In this document: positions 50,314 through 61,496 of the stretch, one piece after another
Numbering within the stretch: the first letter of the stretch is position 1
Layout: the number at the start of each line of letters is the position of its first letter
From: Methylotenera sp.
GTDB lineage: Bacteria; Pseudomonadota; Gammaproteobacteria; Burkholderiales; Methylophilaceae
Assembly: GCA_044228245.1 (NCBI GenBank)
Contig: JBGAVG010000005.1
Coordinates: 5,557-69,556 of the forward strand
Direction: 5' to 3'
Length of the DNA: 64,000 nt
Notes under the pieces: generated by a model
The model's database searches: none
Told to the model about the DNA's origin: nothing
The model's input: only the letters and a program-made list of their open reading frames with translations
Position numbers and translations under genes: made by a program

Positions 50314-52618
50314 TGTTTGTGTTGCCGCCACCGGCCAAGACCTCTCGATTACCATTGCTCTGCATGGCAGAAACCAGCCCCGCGCGTTCCATATCCTCTA
50401 TCAAACGTGCAGCGCGGTTATACCCTATTCGAAGCTGGCGCTGTACCGATGAAATCGATGCGCGACGGCTTTTTAGCACGATGGCCACCGCTTCATCATA
50501 AAGCGGATCTTTCTCTGCACCGTCATCGCCAAAATCACCGAGCTCACCACCACCTTCAGTTTCATTGGTCAAGATACCTTCAATATAGTTCGGCTCGCCC
50601 ATCGCTTTTAAGTAATTCACCACTTCGTGCACCTCATGGTCACTCACAAACGCGCCATGAATGCGCTGCGGGTAACCACTGCCCGGCGGCATATACAGCA
50701 TGTCGCCCTGACCCAATAACGCCTCAGCGCCCATTTGATCTAATATGGTGCGTGAATCAATTTTGCTGGACACCTGAAATGCCACGCGGGTGGGGATATT
50801 CGCCTTGATCAAACCCGTAATTACATCTACAGATGGACGCTGCGTCGCCAGTACCAGATGAATGCCGGAGGCACGTGCTTTCTGTGCCAGACGGGCAATT
50901 AGTTCCTCCACTTTTTTGCCGACCACCATCATCAAATCGGCCAGCTCATCAATCACCACCACGATCAGCGGCATTTCTTCCAGCGGCTCCGGCGCATCTG
51001 GTGTTAAGCTAAACGGATGCGGGATTTTCTCGCCTGCTTTTTCGGCGTCTTTGATTTTCTGGTTGTAACCCGCCAGGTTGCGTACACCTAAGCTAGACAT
51101 CAGCTTGTAGCGGCGCTCCATCTCGGCCACACACCAGTTCAGCGCGTTAGCTGCTTGGCGCATATCCGTCACCACCGGCGCCAACAGATGCGGAATGCCC
51201 TCATACACCGAGAGTTCCAGCATTTTCGGGTCGATCAGAATCATGCGTACTTTTGAGGCTTCTGATTTATACAAGAAGCTCAAAATCAGCGCGTTAATCG
51301 CTACCGATTTGCCCGAGCCTGTCGTGCCCGCCACCAGCACATGCGGCATTTTGGCCAAATCCGCCACCACCGGTTTGCCGGCGATATCTTTACCCATGGC
51401 AATCGCAATCGGTGAGTGCATCTCTGCATACACCTGGCTGCTCATGATTTCTGATAAAAACACGATTTGGCGTTTGGGATTTGGAATCTCTAGGCCCATG
51501 CAGCTTTTGCCGGGAATCGTCTCCACCACGCGGACACTGACAACAGACAAAGCGCGTGCCAGATCGCGCGCCAGATTGGTAATCTGGCTGCCTTTTACAC
51601 CTGCCGCCGGTTCAAACTCAAAGCGCGTAATCACCGGGCCGGGCTGGGCAGAAATGACTTTCACCTCGATACCGAAATCCATGAGTTTTCGCTCGATCAA
51701 GCGTGAAGTGAAATCGAGCGTATCGGCCGAAGGCAGGTCAACTGTATTATGCGCCTCATCCAGTAAATGCAGCGGCGGCAGCGTGGAATCCGGGTCTGAA
51801 GCAAACAGCGTGGTCTGTTTTTCTTTTAACACGCGCTCGCTCTTGGCGATTTCGATTTGCGCGGGTTTAATCTCAAGCGGGGCGCGGTCTTCAGCGCGTT
51901 TACGCTCGCTCTCCACAAATTCTTCGCGTTTAAGCTCGACCGCCTTGCCAGCTTTTCTGTCCTGCCAATCATAATATTTGTTGTAGACCCATTGGTAGCC
52001 GGCAATTAAGCCCGCACCTAGTTTTTCGGTCATCATGATCCACGACCAGCCGGTAAACAAGCTAAATCCGATTGCGAATAACAGCAAAAGTATCATGGTA
52101 GAACCTGCAAAACCAAACATGTCGCGCAGCAAGCCGTCTACCGCGTTACCCAGCATGCCGCCCGCGCCAAGCGGCAGCGAGGCAGGCAGCGCGACCAAAT
52201 GCCCGGCTTCCAATGCGCAGGAAGAGATGAGCAGCAGGCCAAAGCCGACCAGGTTAAACACTAAGAACGGGCGCTCAGAGATGGTGAGCTCCAGACGCAG
52301 ATACACCAGCCACATGCTGTAGAACGCCAGCACCACCCACCACCAGGCAGAGAAGCCGAACAGGTAAAGCAGCATATCGGAAATCCACGCGCCTACAGCG
52401 CCGCCAGCGTTATCGATGGTGGCGTTCTCGCTCGTCATGTGCGACCAGGAAGGGTCTTGCCGGCTGTAACTCATGAGAATGACCGCGAGATACAAGCCAA
52501 CCAATACTAAACCCAGCCACCAGGCTTCACGAACCAGTTTAACGCCATGCTGCTGGGTTGGGCTGAGGGGCGCTTGCACGCGACCGTTGACTGCGGATGA
52601 TTTTTTATTAAAAAACAA
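50306..52618 (-). CDS. ftsK: DNA translocase FtsK
   Basis: 770 aa with a TTG start, N-terminal TM helices, the motor domain [11 protein letters not shown], and a C-terminal gamma domain. Confidence 0.9.
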   Translation of the reverse strand: MFFNKKSSAVNGRVQAPLSPTQQHGVKLVREAWWLGLVLVGLYLAVILMSYSRQDPSWSHMTSENATIDNAGGAVGAWISDMLLYLFGFSAWWWVVLAFYSMWLVYLRLELTISERPFLVFNLVGFGLLLISSCALEAGHLVALPASLPLGAGGMLGNAVDGLLRDMFGFAGSTMILLLLFAIGFSLFTGWSWIMMTEKLGAGLIAGYQWVYNKYYDWQDRKAGKAVELKREEFVESERKRAEDRAPLEIKPAQIEIAKSERVLKEKQTTLFASDPDSTLPPLHLLDEAHNTVDLPSADTLDFTSRLIERKLMDFGIEVKVISAQPGPVITRFEFEPAAGVKGSQITNLARDLARALSVVSVRVVETIPGKSCMGLEIPNPKRQIVFLSEIMSSQVYAEMHSPIAIAMGKDIAGKPVVADLAKMPHVLVAGTTGSGKSVAINALILSFLYKSEASKVRMILIDPKMLELSVYEGIPHLLAPVVTDMRQAANALNWCVAEMERRYKLMSSLGVRNLAGYNQKIKDAEKAGEKIPHPFSLTPDAPEPLEEMPLIVVVIDELADLMMVVGKKVEELIARLAQKARASGIHLVLATQRPSVDVITGLIKANIPTRVAFQVSSKIDSRTILDQMGAEALLGQGDMLYMPPGSGYPQRIHGAFVSDHEVHEVVNYLKAMGEPNYIEGILTNETEGGGELGDFGDDGAEKDPLYDEAVAIVLKSRRASISSVQRQLRIGYNRAARLIEDMERAGLVSAMQSNGNREVLAGGGNTNNE

Positions 52619-52838
52619 TATGTTACAAACCTTAAGAAATAGCTAAGTACAATTAAAATTAATTGTTGATTATAGCAAAATCAAATTGCGTAAAGTATGC
52701 CTAAAATCTAAAATACCAGTAATAAAATATTGGTAAATTGAATCATTATAAAATGCCTGCCCGTTTTGCAGCTTGAAAACAACTTACAACAACGCCATCT
52801 CTAATTCATTCATTCAACATTTCCAAAGAAAGCATTAA

Positions 52839-53792
<954 letters not shown>

Positions 53793-53820
53793 CCAAAGCT
53801 AGATAATCAAAAAATAGCTA

Positions 53821-53866
53821 GCCTGCAAGCCGCATGGATATTGGCCTGCAGGCCCATGCTTTTTTA
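53821..53866 (+). terminator. Hairpin plus T-run after trxB; member of the CCAATATCCATG hairpin family
   Basis: Stem GCCTGCA (53821-53827) pairs with TGCAGGC (53847-53853) around a 19-nt loop containing CATGGATATTGG, followed by 6 nt and TTTTTT. Confidence 0.45.
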
Positions 53867-53896
53867 TTCTGGCAAGCAGGGTTAATATCTCACATC

Positions 53897-54436
53897 ATGG
53901 GCGCGGACGAGAAAAAACCGGAGGATTTACACCTCTTCCACGAGGCGGTGAAAGACGCGCGGCCGCTGAATATTGAGCCTATTCACACCCCCAAAGCGCG
54001 CCCCAAACCCATCGCCAAGCACTTTTTGCGCGACGAAAAACAAGCCCTGCGCGATTCACTTAGTGATGACTACATTCCCGCGCACGAGCTGGAAAGCGGC
54101 GAAGAGCTGCTTTACCTGCGCGAAGGCCAATCACCCAACATTCTAGGCAAACTGCGCCGCGGCTTTTGGGTGGTGCAGGCGCAAATCGATTTACACGGCT
54201 TGGTGACAGATGAAGCGCGCCTGTACGTGGCGGATTTCTTAAATGGGTGCAAAAAACGTAATATCCGCTGCGTGCGCATTGTGCATGGCAAAGGCTTAGG
54301 CTCACGCAACCGCGAACCCGTGCTTAAACACAAACTGCGCAGCTGGCTCATGCAACGTGACGAAGTGATTGCCTATGCCCAAGCCAAGCCGGAAGACGGC
54401 GGCAGTGGCGCGGTGATTGTGTTGTTGAAGGCTTAA
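53897..54436 (+). CDS. Smr-domain protein
   Basis: Start chosen at MGADEKKPED, because the upstream extension begins in the hairpin loop. C-terminal Smr domain DLHGL...VRIVHGKGLGS...VLK..L..WL. Confidence 0.75.
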   Translation: MGADEKKPEDLHLFHEAVKDARPLNIEPIHTPKARPKPIAKHFLRDEKQALRDSLSDDYIPAHELESGEELLYLREGQSPNILGKLRRGFWVVQAQIDLHGLVTDEARLYVADFLNGCKKRNIRCVRIVHGKGLGSRNREPVLKHKLRSWLMQRDEVIAYAQAKPEDGGSGAVIVLLKA

Positions 54437-54447
54437 GAACAGTTAGA

Positions 54448-54651
54448 TTGATGAATACAAAAAATACCAATTTAGACGATGAAGTCATGTGCTCTTGCAG
54501 CGGCACCACGCGCGGCGAGATTGAAAGCCTGTTTAAAGAAGGCCTTGATATGGATGCAATATCGAGAAGAACTGGCGCACTTTCAGGTTGTGCAGGCTGC
54601 GAGTGGGATGTTGCACAGTTTTTAAAAGCGCTGGCTGATGCAGCGGAATGA
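54448..54651 (+). CDS. bfd: BFD-like [2Fe-2S]-binding small protein
   Basis: 67 aa. VMCSCSGTTRGEI...GALSGCAGCEWDV gives the C-x-C ... C-x-x-C spacing typical of bacterioferritin-associated ferredoxin. Confidence 0.65.
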   Translation: MMNTKNTNLDDEVMCSCSGTTRGEIESLFKEGLDMDAISRRTGALSGCAGCEWDVAQFLKALADAAE

Positions 54652-54724
54652 AGCCATCACCTACGCCCAAGCCAAGCCGGAAGATGGCGGCAGCGGCGCA
54701 GTGATTGTGTTGCTGATGGCTTAA
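54650..54724 (+). pseudogene. Orphan duplicate of the last 24 codons plus stop of smr
   Basis: 65/75 nt identical to 54362-54436. Reads EAITYAQAKPEDGGSGAVIVLLMA* versus EVIAYAQAKPEDGGSGAVIVLLKA*. There is no upstream coding continuation. Confidence 0.7.
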
Positions 54725-54749
54725 TACCAGCACCATTGGAGGAATATAC

Positions 54750-55409
54750 ATGACCAATTTAGCTACAATTACCCAGGCCTTAGCCATAATTTCTGCGTGC
54801 TGGGCGATAATTTCAGGGGTAGGCGCGTGGAAACGAGAATTTATTGGTAAAAGAAAGATTGAACTTGCAGAAGAAACACTGGCTACATTCTTTGAAATCA
54901 AAGATGCAATAGCTTTTATCCGAAACCCTTGGTCTAGCGGGAATGAAGGCACAACGCGACAACGAGCCACTCATGAAACAGATGCGGAAACCCAGCTTCT
55001 AAACAGAGGGCACATTGTATTTGAGCGTTATGAAGCGAAGAAAGACATATTTGTTCGATTTAATACCCTGAAATATAAATTCATGGCTGTATTTGGAACA
55101 GAAACAGAAAATATTTTTAAGGAAACAAACCAAACCCTAAATTCCATATTCTCTTCTGCGAATATGCTTGCTACTTATTATTGGCAGCGTCAAGGCCGTG
55201 TTCAAATGGAACCAGATGAGTTTCAGAAACACCTAGATGAAATGCATAAGCATGAAGGCATTTTTTGGGATAACTACAATCAAGATGACGAAATACGAAA
55301 TCAATTAGCGACAACTCAGAATGAGCTTGAAAAAGTAACCAAATCTTGTTTTGAGGAGCCAATGAAAACATATACCATCTTTACAAAGCAATGGTTAAAA
55401 AAAGGCTAA
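54750..55409 (+). CDS. AT-rich hypothetical protein with one N-terminal TM helix
   Basis: 219 aa. LATITQALAIISACWAIISGVGAW is followed by a helical soluble part. No family recognised. Confidence 0.55.
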   Translation: MTNLATITQALAIISACWAIISGVGAWKREFIGKRKIELAEETLATFFEIKDAIAFIRNPWSSGNEGTTRQRATHETDAETQLLNRGHIVFERYEAKKDIFVRFNTLKYKFMAVFGTETENIFKETNQTLNSIFSSANMLATYYWQRQGRVQMEPDEFQKHLDEMHKHEGIFWDNYNQDDEIRNQLATTQNELEKVTKSCFEEPMKTYTIFTKQWLKKG

Positions 55410-55417
55410 TTCAAACT

Positions 55418-55897
55418 TTAAAGCCCCAACTCACTTAAACTGGCGTGGTCATCAGGCCTGCGGCCGAGCGGCCAGTGGAATTTTCGCTCACTCTCGCTTA
55501 TCGGTAAATCGTTAATGCTGGCGTAGCGCAGCTCCATTAAGCCATTGGCATCAAACTGCCAATTCTCGTTGCCGTAAGAGCGAAACCATTGCCCCGAGTC
55601 ATCATGCCATTCATAAGCAAAGCGCACCGCGATACGGTTATCGGTAAACGCCCATAGCTCTTTAATCAGCCTGTAATCCAGCTCTTTCGCCCATTTGCGG
55701 GTTAAAAACTCCACAATCTGCGCACGACCTTTGGGAAACTCCGCACGGTTACGCCATTGCGAATCTGGCGTATACACCATTGAAACACGCTGTGGGTCGC
55801 GGCTGTTCCAGCCATCTTCCGCCATGCGTACTTTCTGTATAGCGGTTTCACGCGTAAAAGGTGGTACTGGTGGGCGAACTTCTATTTCAGCATTCAT
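55418..55897 (-). CDS. DUF1348 / NTF2-like (SnoaL-fold) protein
   Basis: 159 aa. ...[28 protein letters not shown]...WQFDANGLM... resembles DUF1348 (from memory). Confidence 0.65.
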   Translation of the reverse strand: MNAEIEVRPPVPPFTRETAIQKVRMAEDGWNSRDPQRVSMVYTPDSQWRNRAEFPKGRAQIVEFLTRKWAKELDYRLIKELWAFTDNRIAVRFAYEWHDDSGQWFRSYGNENWQFDANGLMELRYASINDLPISESERKFHWPLGRRPDDHASLSELGL

Positions 55898-55911
55898 ACC
55901 TTTTTCCTTTA

Positions 55912-57759
55912 TCAGTCTTCAGCCAAGAACCCACCGCTCTGCCTTGCCCACAGGCTAGCATACAAGCCCGTCCTGGCAAGCAGCTTTTTGTGCGGCCCTT
56001 CTTCCACAACCTTACCCTCATCCAGCACAATCAGCCTGTCCATCGCAGCAATGGTAGAAAGCCGATGCGCGATGGCAATCACGGTTTTGCCTTCCATCAG
56101 CTTATACAGGCTCTCTTGAATCACCGCTTCTACCTCACTATCCAGCGCGCTGGTAGCTTCGTCCAGCAACAGAATCGGTGCGTCTTTCAGCATCACGCGC
56201 GCAATAGCGATGCGCTGACGCTGCCCACCTGAGAGTTTTACGCCGCGCTCGCCCACATGCGCATCATAGCCAACACGGCCTTTGGCATCTTGTAGGTTGA
56301 GTATAAACTCATGCGCCTCGGCACGTTTGGCGGCGGCAATCATTTCTGCCTCGGTCGCGCCCGGGCGGCCGTATAAAATATTATCCCTCACGCTGCGGTG
56401 CAGCAATGACGTATCCTGCGTGACCATGCCTATACTCGCACGCAGGCTATTTTGCGTCACGCTCTTGACGTTCTGACCATCAATCAAAATGGCGCCAGAT
56501 TCAACTTCGTAAAAGCGCAGCAGCAGATTCACAATGGTGGATTTACCCGCGCCGGAACGCCCGACCAGCCCGACTTTTTCACCCGGTTTGATGTGTAAAT
56601 TAAGTTCTTTCAGCAGTTCTTTCTGGCTGCCATAGCTAAAGTTCACAGTTTCAAACTTGATTTCACCCTGGCTTACTTGCAGCGGTTTTGCGTCTGGCGC
56701 ATCGATTATTTTATTGTGCGTGGTGAGTGTGTTAATGCCGTCCTGCACCGTGCCTACCTGCTCGTAGAGTGTTGTCATCTCCCACATCACCCAGTGTGAA
56801 ATACCGTTGAGCCGCAATGACATGGCGGTAACCGCAGCCACGCCACCCACCCCCACTTGCCCCTTGCTCCATAACCACAGCGCCAATCCGCCGCCGCTGA
56901 TCAGCAGGCCCATATTAAGGAAATGATTGATGGTTTCCACCGCGCTCACCAGGCGCATTTGTTTGTGCACCGTGCCCAAAAACTCGTGCATGGCAGATTG
57001 CGCATAGCCCGCCTCGCGTCCCGCGTGCGAAAACAGTTTGACAGTGCTGATGTTGGTATAGGCATCGGTGATGCGCCCGGTCATCAGCGCGCGCGCATCG
57101 GCCTGGCGCTGCGAGACCTTGCTCAATCTGGGCACAAAATACAGCAAGGCGCTTGCGTACAAAACCAGCCACGCCAGAAAAGGCCAGATAATCAACAGGT
57201 TAAAGCTGCCGACGACGGTCACCATGGTCGCAAAATAAATCGTCACGAATACCAGAATATCTGCCACGATAAACCACACATCGCGCACTGCCAGCGCGGT
57301 CTGCATGACTTTTGCTGCGACACGCCCGGCAAACTCGTCCTGGTAAAAACTCATGCTTTGGTTAAGCATTAAACGGTGGAAGTTCCAGCGCATGCGCATG
57401 GGAAAATTGCCGGCCAGCGTTTGATGTTTGAACATGGTCTGCAAGCCGATAAATACGGTGCTTGCGATAAGAATAACGGCCAGCCAGGTCAAGTGCGTGC
57501 CTTCACGCGCCCAAAGTTCGGAAGGTGGAATGTTCGCCAGCCAATCGACCACCTTACCCATCATGCCGAACAACAAGGCCTCGAACGCGCCGATGATGGC
57601 CGTCAGCAGCGTCATGCCCAGCAGATACGGGCGCAGGCCCTGTGTGCAACCCCACGCGAATTGCCAGAAACTTTTTGGCGGTGTGGTGATTAGGCTTTCC
57701 GGAAAAGGCTTGGCCAGATTTTCAAAATAATTGAATCCGTGTTCAAACCATTTAAACAT
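55912..57759 (-). CDS. ABC exporter, fused permease-ATPase
   Basis: Start at MFKWFEHGF (ATG 57759), 2 nt after the ispF stop. Six TM helices, then [22 protein letters not shown] and [11 protein letters not shown]. Confidence 0.85.
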   Translation of the reverse strand: MFKWFEHGFNYFENLAKPFPESLITTPPKSFWQFAWGCTQGLRPYLLGMTLLTAIIGAFEALLFGMMGKVVDWLANIPPSELWAREGTHLTWLAVILIASTVFIGLQTMFKHQTLAGNFPMRMRWNFHRLMLNQSMSFYQDEFAGRVAAKVMQTALAVRDVWFIVADILVFVTIYFATMVTVVGSFNLLIIWPFLAWLVLYASALLYFVPRLSKVSQRQADARALMTGRITDAYTNISTVKLFSHAGREAGYAQSAMHEFLGTVHKQMRLVSAVETINHFLNMGLLISGGGLALWLWSKGQVGVGGVAAVTAMSLRLNGISHWVMWEMTTLYEQVGTVQDGINTLTTHNKIIDAPDAKPLQVSQGEIKFETVNFSYGSQKELLKELNLHIKPGEKVGLVGRSGAGKSTIVNLLLRFYEVESGAILIDGQNVKSVTQNSLRASIGMVTQDTSLLHRSVRDNILYGRPGATEAEMIAAAKRAEAHEFILNLQDAKGRVGYDAHVGERGVKLSGGQRQRIAIARVMLKDAPILLLDEATSALDSEVEAVIQESLYKLMEGKTVIAIAHRLSTIAAMDRLIVLDEGKVVEEGPHKKLLARTGLYASLWARQSGGFLAED

Positions 57760-57761
57760 AG

Positions 57762-58235
57762 CTATTTTTGTACAATGGTACACACGGCCTCGGCCGCAAT
57801 GCCTTCGCCGCGACCAGTAAAACCAAGCTTCTCGGTGGTGGTGCCTTTTACATTGACCTGTGAAACACCCACATTGCAATCAGCCGCGATATTGGCGCAC
57901 ATTTGTGCGGTGTGCGGTGACAGCCTGGGCGCTTCGCAAATCACCGTGGCATCGATATTATTCACTGCATAACTTTTAGCCTCAAGCAATGCAACCACAT
58001 GGCGCAACAGCTGGCGTGAATCAATGCCTTTGTAGCGATTATCGCTGGGTGGGAAATGCTTGCCGATGTCGCCCAGCGCTGCAGCGCCCAGCAAGGCATC
58101 GCAAATGGCATGCAATAAGACATCCGCGTCCGAGTGGCCGTCCAGCCCTTTTTCATGCGTGATTTCAACACCGCCGATGATACATTTACGGCCAACCACC
58201 AAAGCATGCACATCAAAGCCATGTCCTATGCGCAT
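57762..58235 (-). CDS. ispF: 2-C-methyl-D-erythritol 2,4-cyclodiphosphate synthase
   Basis: 157 aa. [12 protein letters not shown]...[19 protein letters not shown]. Confidence 0.95.
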   Translation of the reverse strand: MRIGHGFDVHALVVGRKCIIGGVEITHEKGLDGHSDADVLLHAICDALLGAAALGDIGKHFPPSDNRYKGIDSRQLLRHVVALLEAKSYAVNNIDATVICEAPRLSPHTAQMCANIAADCNVGVSQVNVKGTTTEKLGFTGRGEGIAAEAVCTIVQK

Positions 58236-58936
58236 GATGCTGATCCTTTGTTTTTTTCATGCTCAAATAAGGCTTCCAGCAGTGCCAAATCTTGCGGATA
58301 AGTGATTTTCAGATTGCGCAGGTCACCTTGTACCAGTTTTGGCTGCAGGCCAAGCGCCTCAATCGCTTCAGCTTCATCCGTCGGCATACCGGCATAGCGC
58401 TCCAAAGCCATTTTCAGTGTTGCATAGCGAAACATCTGCGGCGTCTGCGCTTGCCATAAACCGGCTCTCGGAATCGTTTTATTCACGCGATTATCCTGAT
58501 TGCCCTGCTTGAGCGTATCAGCCAAAGGCAGCGCCAGCAAACCGCCCACCTCATCGTTTTCGAGCGAGCTCAGCAAGTTATCCAGCAACCGGTTTGTCAA
58601 ACCGGGCCGCGCGGCATCGTGCACCAGAATCCAGTCATCGTCATTCACCTGCGACGTGATGGCCTGCAAGGTATTCAGCACGGTCCCGCTTCTGCTGTCA
58701 CCGCCGGTGTAATGCAGTTTAAGCTTGCTGGCAGGCTCCAGCGTCAGGCTGCGCCAAAACCCATCGTCAGGATTCAAGGCCACATGGATATTGGTAATGC
58801 GCGGATGGTTAAAAAACACCTGTATGGAATGTGAAATGATTGGCTTGCCGGCCAATGGCAGATACTGCTTGGGCAGGGCGTTAGCCATACGGTTGCCAAT
58901 GCCTGCAGCTGGAATGATTACATGAAAAAACGCCAT
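58226..58936 (-). CDS. ispD: 2-C-methyl-D-erythritol 4-phosphate cytidylyltransferase
   Basis: Start probably at [24 protein letters not shown] motif. Overlaps ispF. Confidence 0.9.
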   Translation of the reverse strand: MAFFHVIIPAAGIGNRMANALPKQYLPLAGKPIISHSIQVFFNHPRITNIHVALNPDDGFWRSLTLEPASKLKLHYTGGDSRSGTVLNTLQAITSQVNDDDWILVHDAARPGLTNRLLDNLLSSLENDEVGGLLALPLADTLKQGNQDNRVNKTIPRAGLWQAQTPQMFRYATLKMALERYAGMPTDEAEAIEALGLQPKLVQGDLRNLKITYPQDLALLEALFEHEKNKGSASCA

Positions 58937-58988
58937 GCGTAAGTTTAGCATGGCGTTTAATGTTTTAGTCTAAAGCAGACATCTGTGC

Positions 58989-60188
58989 TTAATGCTCTGC
59001 GGTTGCGTTAATTTTATGTATAGACAAATCTGCGCCGTTAAATTCTTCCTCGGCATCCAGGCGAATACCAACCAATTGTTTAAGCACCCCATAAACAATC
59101 GTGCCGCCAACAAGCGCAACAATCACACCCAAACCTGTGCCCAAGAGTTGCGACATAAAACTCACGCCACCAAGGCCGCCCAAGGACTTAAGCCCGAAAA
59201 TACCAGCTGCAATGCCGCCCCATGCGCCGCACAGGCCATGCAATGGCCACACACCCAGCACATCATCTATTTTTAAGCGGTTCTGCGTCATGGTAAAAGC
59301 CCATACAAACAGGGCTCCAGCCACTGCGCCGGTCGCCAATGCGCCTAGCGGATGCATGACATCTGAACCGGCACATACTGCCACCAAGCCCGCCAGCGGA
59401 CCATTGTGCACAAAACCCGGGTCATTTTTACCCATGACTAAAGCCGCTAAGGTACCGCCAACCAAAGCCATGAGCGAGTTAACAGCCACCAGGCCGGAAA
59501 TGCCCTGGATGCTTTGCGCGGACATGACATTAAAGCCAAACCAGCCTACAGTGAGTATCCATGCGCCTAACGCAAGGAACGGGATATTGGACGGCGGATG
59601 TGCGTGAATCCTTCCATCTACACCATACCGACCACTACGGGCGCCCAGTAAAAGCACGGCGGTTAGCGCTATCCAGCCGCCCATGGCATGCACCACAACG
59701 GAGCCGGCAAAATCATGGAATTTGGCGCCAAAAGCGGCGTTGAGCCAGTCTTGAAAGCCATGCTGATTATTCCACGCGATACCCTCAAAAAATGGATAGA
59801 TAAACCCGACCAGTAAAAATGTCGCAGCCATTTGCGGATTAAACTTTGCGCGCTCGGCGATGCCGCCGGAAACAATGGCCGGGATAGCTGCGGCAAAGGT
59901 AAGCAGGAAGAAGAATTTAACCAGGTCATAGCCATTTTTCGCAGCAAGCATCTCTGCACCGCTGAAAAAATTAACTCCATAGGCAATGCTATAGCCAATA
60001 AAAAAATATGCCACAGTCGACACTGAAAAATCGACCATGATTTTTACCAAGGCGTTGACCTGGTTTTTACTGCGGACGGTACCTACTTCTAAAAATGCGA
60101 AACCCGCATGCATGGCCAGCACCATGATGGCGCCAAGCAGCACAAATAACACGTCATTCGCAGAAACTAATGCTTCCATTAAAATCAC
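58989..60188 (-). CDS. amt: Ammonium transporter
   Basis: 399 aa with about 11 TM helices and the motifs DFAGSVVVHAMGG and VWPLHGLCGAWG. Confidence 0.9.
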   Translation of the reverse strand: MILMEALVSANDVLFVLLGAIMVLAMHAGFAFLEVGTVRSKNQVNALVKIMVDFSVSTVAYFFIGYSIAYGVNFFSGAEMLAAKNGYDLVKFFFLLTFAAAIPAIVSGGIAERAKFNPQMAATFLLVGFIYPFFEGIAWNNQHGFQDWLNAAFGAKFHDFAGSVVVHAMGGWIALTAVLLLGARSGRYGVDGRIHAHPPSNIPFLALGAWILTVGWFGFNVMSAQSIQGISGLVAVNSLMALVGGTLAALVMGKNDPGFVHNGPLAGLVAVCAGSDVMHPLGALATGAVAGALFVWAFTMTQNRLKIDDVLGVWPLHGLCGAWGGIAAGIFGLKSLGGLGGVSFMSQLLGTGLGVIVALVGGTIVYGVLKQLVGIRLDAEEEFNGADLSIHKINATAEH

Positions 60189-60253
60189 TCCCCAAAATCA
60201 AGATTAAATTTAATTTTTTATTATGGTTGGCTTAAAAACTGACGTCAGAAATA

Positions 60254-60269
60254 AGCAAAATTCAAGCCA
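60254..60269 (-). promoter_or_regulatory. Candidate sigma-54 promoter for amt
   Basis: The minus strand reads TGGCTTGAATTTTGCT (TGGC-N7-TTGC, GG-N10-GC spacing), about 66-81 nt upstream of the amt start. Confidence 0.55.
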
Positions 60270-60321
60270 TTGGCTTGGAGGATTGATTTTAAAGGATTTT
60301 TATAAATAGAAAATAATATGA

Positions 60322-60358
60322 TGCACCTTTTGTGTGCATTCAAAAGTGCATTGCACCA
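60322..60358 (-). promoter_or_regulatory. Candidate NtrC-type enhancer sites
   Basis: TGCACCTTTTGTGTGCA (60322-60338) fits TGCACC-N5-TGGTGCA loosely. Overlapping TGCATTCAAAAGTGCA (60335-60350) and GTGCATTGCAC. Confidence 0.45.
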
Positions 60359-60381
60359 TAACAAAGCAGATATAGCTAATT

Positions 60382-61056
60382 TTACAGCATACTTACAGTA
60401 TGACTGTTCAGCACAAACTTCTCTGCCTCCGGATTGCCTGCCCAAAAATGGAAGAATTCACGCACCACAACCAGAAACAGACGGCGGTTTTTCTTTACTT
60501 CAAATAGCGGCAGTGTCGCATCAACCGCTGTTCGGTAGACCTTGTTGTCCTTATCGGGCGCATCCCTAAGCCGTACCAGCAGGATTTTGGCAAGCTTCAG
60601 ACGCGTGTCAATCAGCGCCTGTTCCGCATTCTCGTTGCGCAGCGCCTTGGCATAGCCTTTTAGCGCCCAACTGTCGGTCGTGCCAAATTTCTCCTCATCC
60701 ACGCTATGCCACAACTCGCTTAAACTGACATGCACCGGCAGCCAGTCGATGGGCAAAGTGTCTTTAGTTGCATTTTTACTTAGCAGTGCAACCGCTTTTA
60801 TATCATTGATCCAGAAAGGATAATACTCACGTGCGATGACCAGGCTTTCCGGCCAGTCGTCCTCACCAACGGTATCCATCAGCGCTTCGATGACATCACG
60901 ATATACGCGGCCATTAAGCTCTTTGTTGGCTAATAATGGCATTAATTTGTTCAGGAAATTAATCCGCGGCACAAAGGTATCCGGGCCAAACCCTTTAGTG
61001 GTCAGCAGCTTGATGTACACTTCTAGCGCTTGTTGCTCACGTGGCTGAATCGTCAT
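60382..61056 (-). CDS. Hypothetical protein (224 aa)
   Basis: Clean ORF with helical-looking composition. No motif recognised. Confidence 0.55.
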   Translation of the reverse strand: MTIQPREQQALEVYIKLLTTKGFGPDTFVPRINFLNKLMPLLANKELNGRVYRDVIEALMDTVGEDDWPESLVIAREYYPFWINDIKAVALLSKNATKDTLPIDWLPVHVSLSELWHSVDEEKFGTTDSWALKGYAKALRNENAEQALIDTRLKLAKILLVRLRDAPDKDNKVYRTAVDATLPLFEVKKNRRLFLVVVREFFHFWAGNPEAEKFVLNSHTVSML

Positions 61057-61179
61057 GAAATTTCCACTTAACTAATATTTTTAATTCTACGGCACAATCT
61101 ATTGAAAAATATAATAAAACTCTCATATAGTATCAGTACATGCATATTGTGCACATCACAAATAAAAAAGTAAATCATC

Positions 61180-61494
61180 ATGTTTGAAGTCACCCTGCTA
61201 GCACTGCTCCTGCTCGCCACCTGGTTCTGGCTGGACAGCATCTCCAAGCGAGAAATCGCCATCCACTTTGGCCGTGAGCTGGCAAACCGCTGCAATCTGC
61301 AACTGCTGGATGAAACGGTAGCCTGCAATATGATCCGGCTGGGACGCGATAGCCGCGGCCATGCACAACTGTTGCGTTTTTACGAGTTCGAAGTCAGCGC
61401 CAGCGGCGCAGAACGCATGCAATGCAATCTGCAACTGCTCGGCAAACAGCTACAGACTTGGCATATTCCGCCTTATATCCAGCCGCTTCAATAA
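61180..61494 (+). CDS. DUF3301-like small membrane-anchored protein
   Basis: 104 aa. N-terminal TM, then REIAIHFGRELANRCNLQLLDETVA...RFYEFEVSASGAERMQCNLQLLG. Family assignment from memory. Confidence 0.6.
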   Translation: MFEVTLLALLLLATWFWLDSISKREIAIHFGRELANRCNLQLLDETVACNMIRLGRDSRGHAQLLRFYEFEVSASGAERMQCNLQLLGKQLQTWHIPPYIQPLQ

Positions 61495-61496
61495 CC

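Noticed and set aside
52714-52735. Palindrome TACCAGTAATAAAATATTGGTA upstream of ftsK and trxB, considered as an SOS (LexA) box.
   Set aside because: It lacks the CTGT-N8-ACAG core. It is an AT-rich dyad in a divergent promoter region with no further support.
53834-53896. Upstream extension of the smr ORF (MDIGLQAHAFLFWQ…).
   Set aside because: That ATG lies in the loop of the trxB-distal hairpin and is part of the repeated motif. The ATG at 53897 is the more plausible start.
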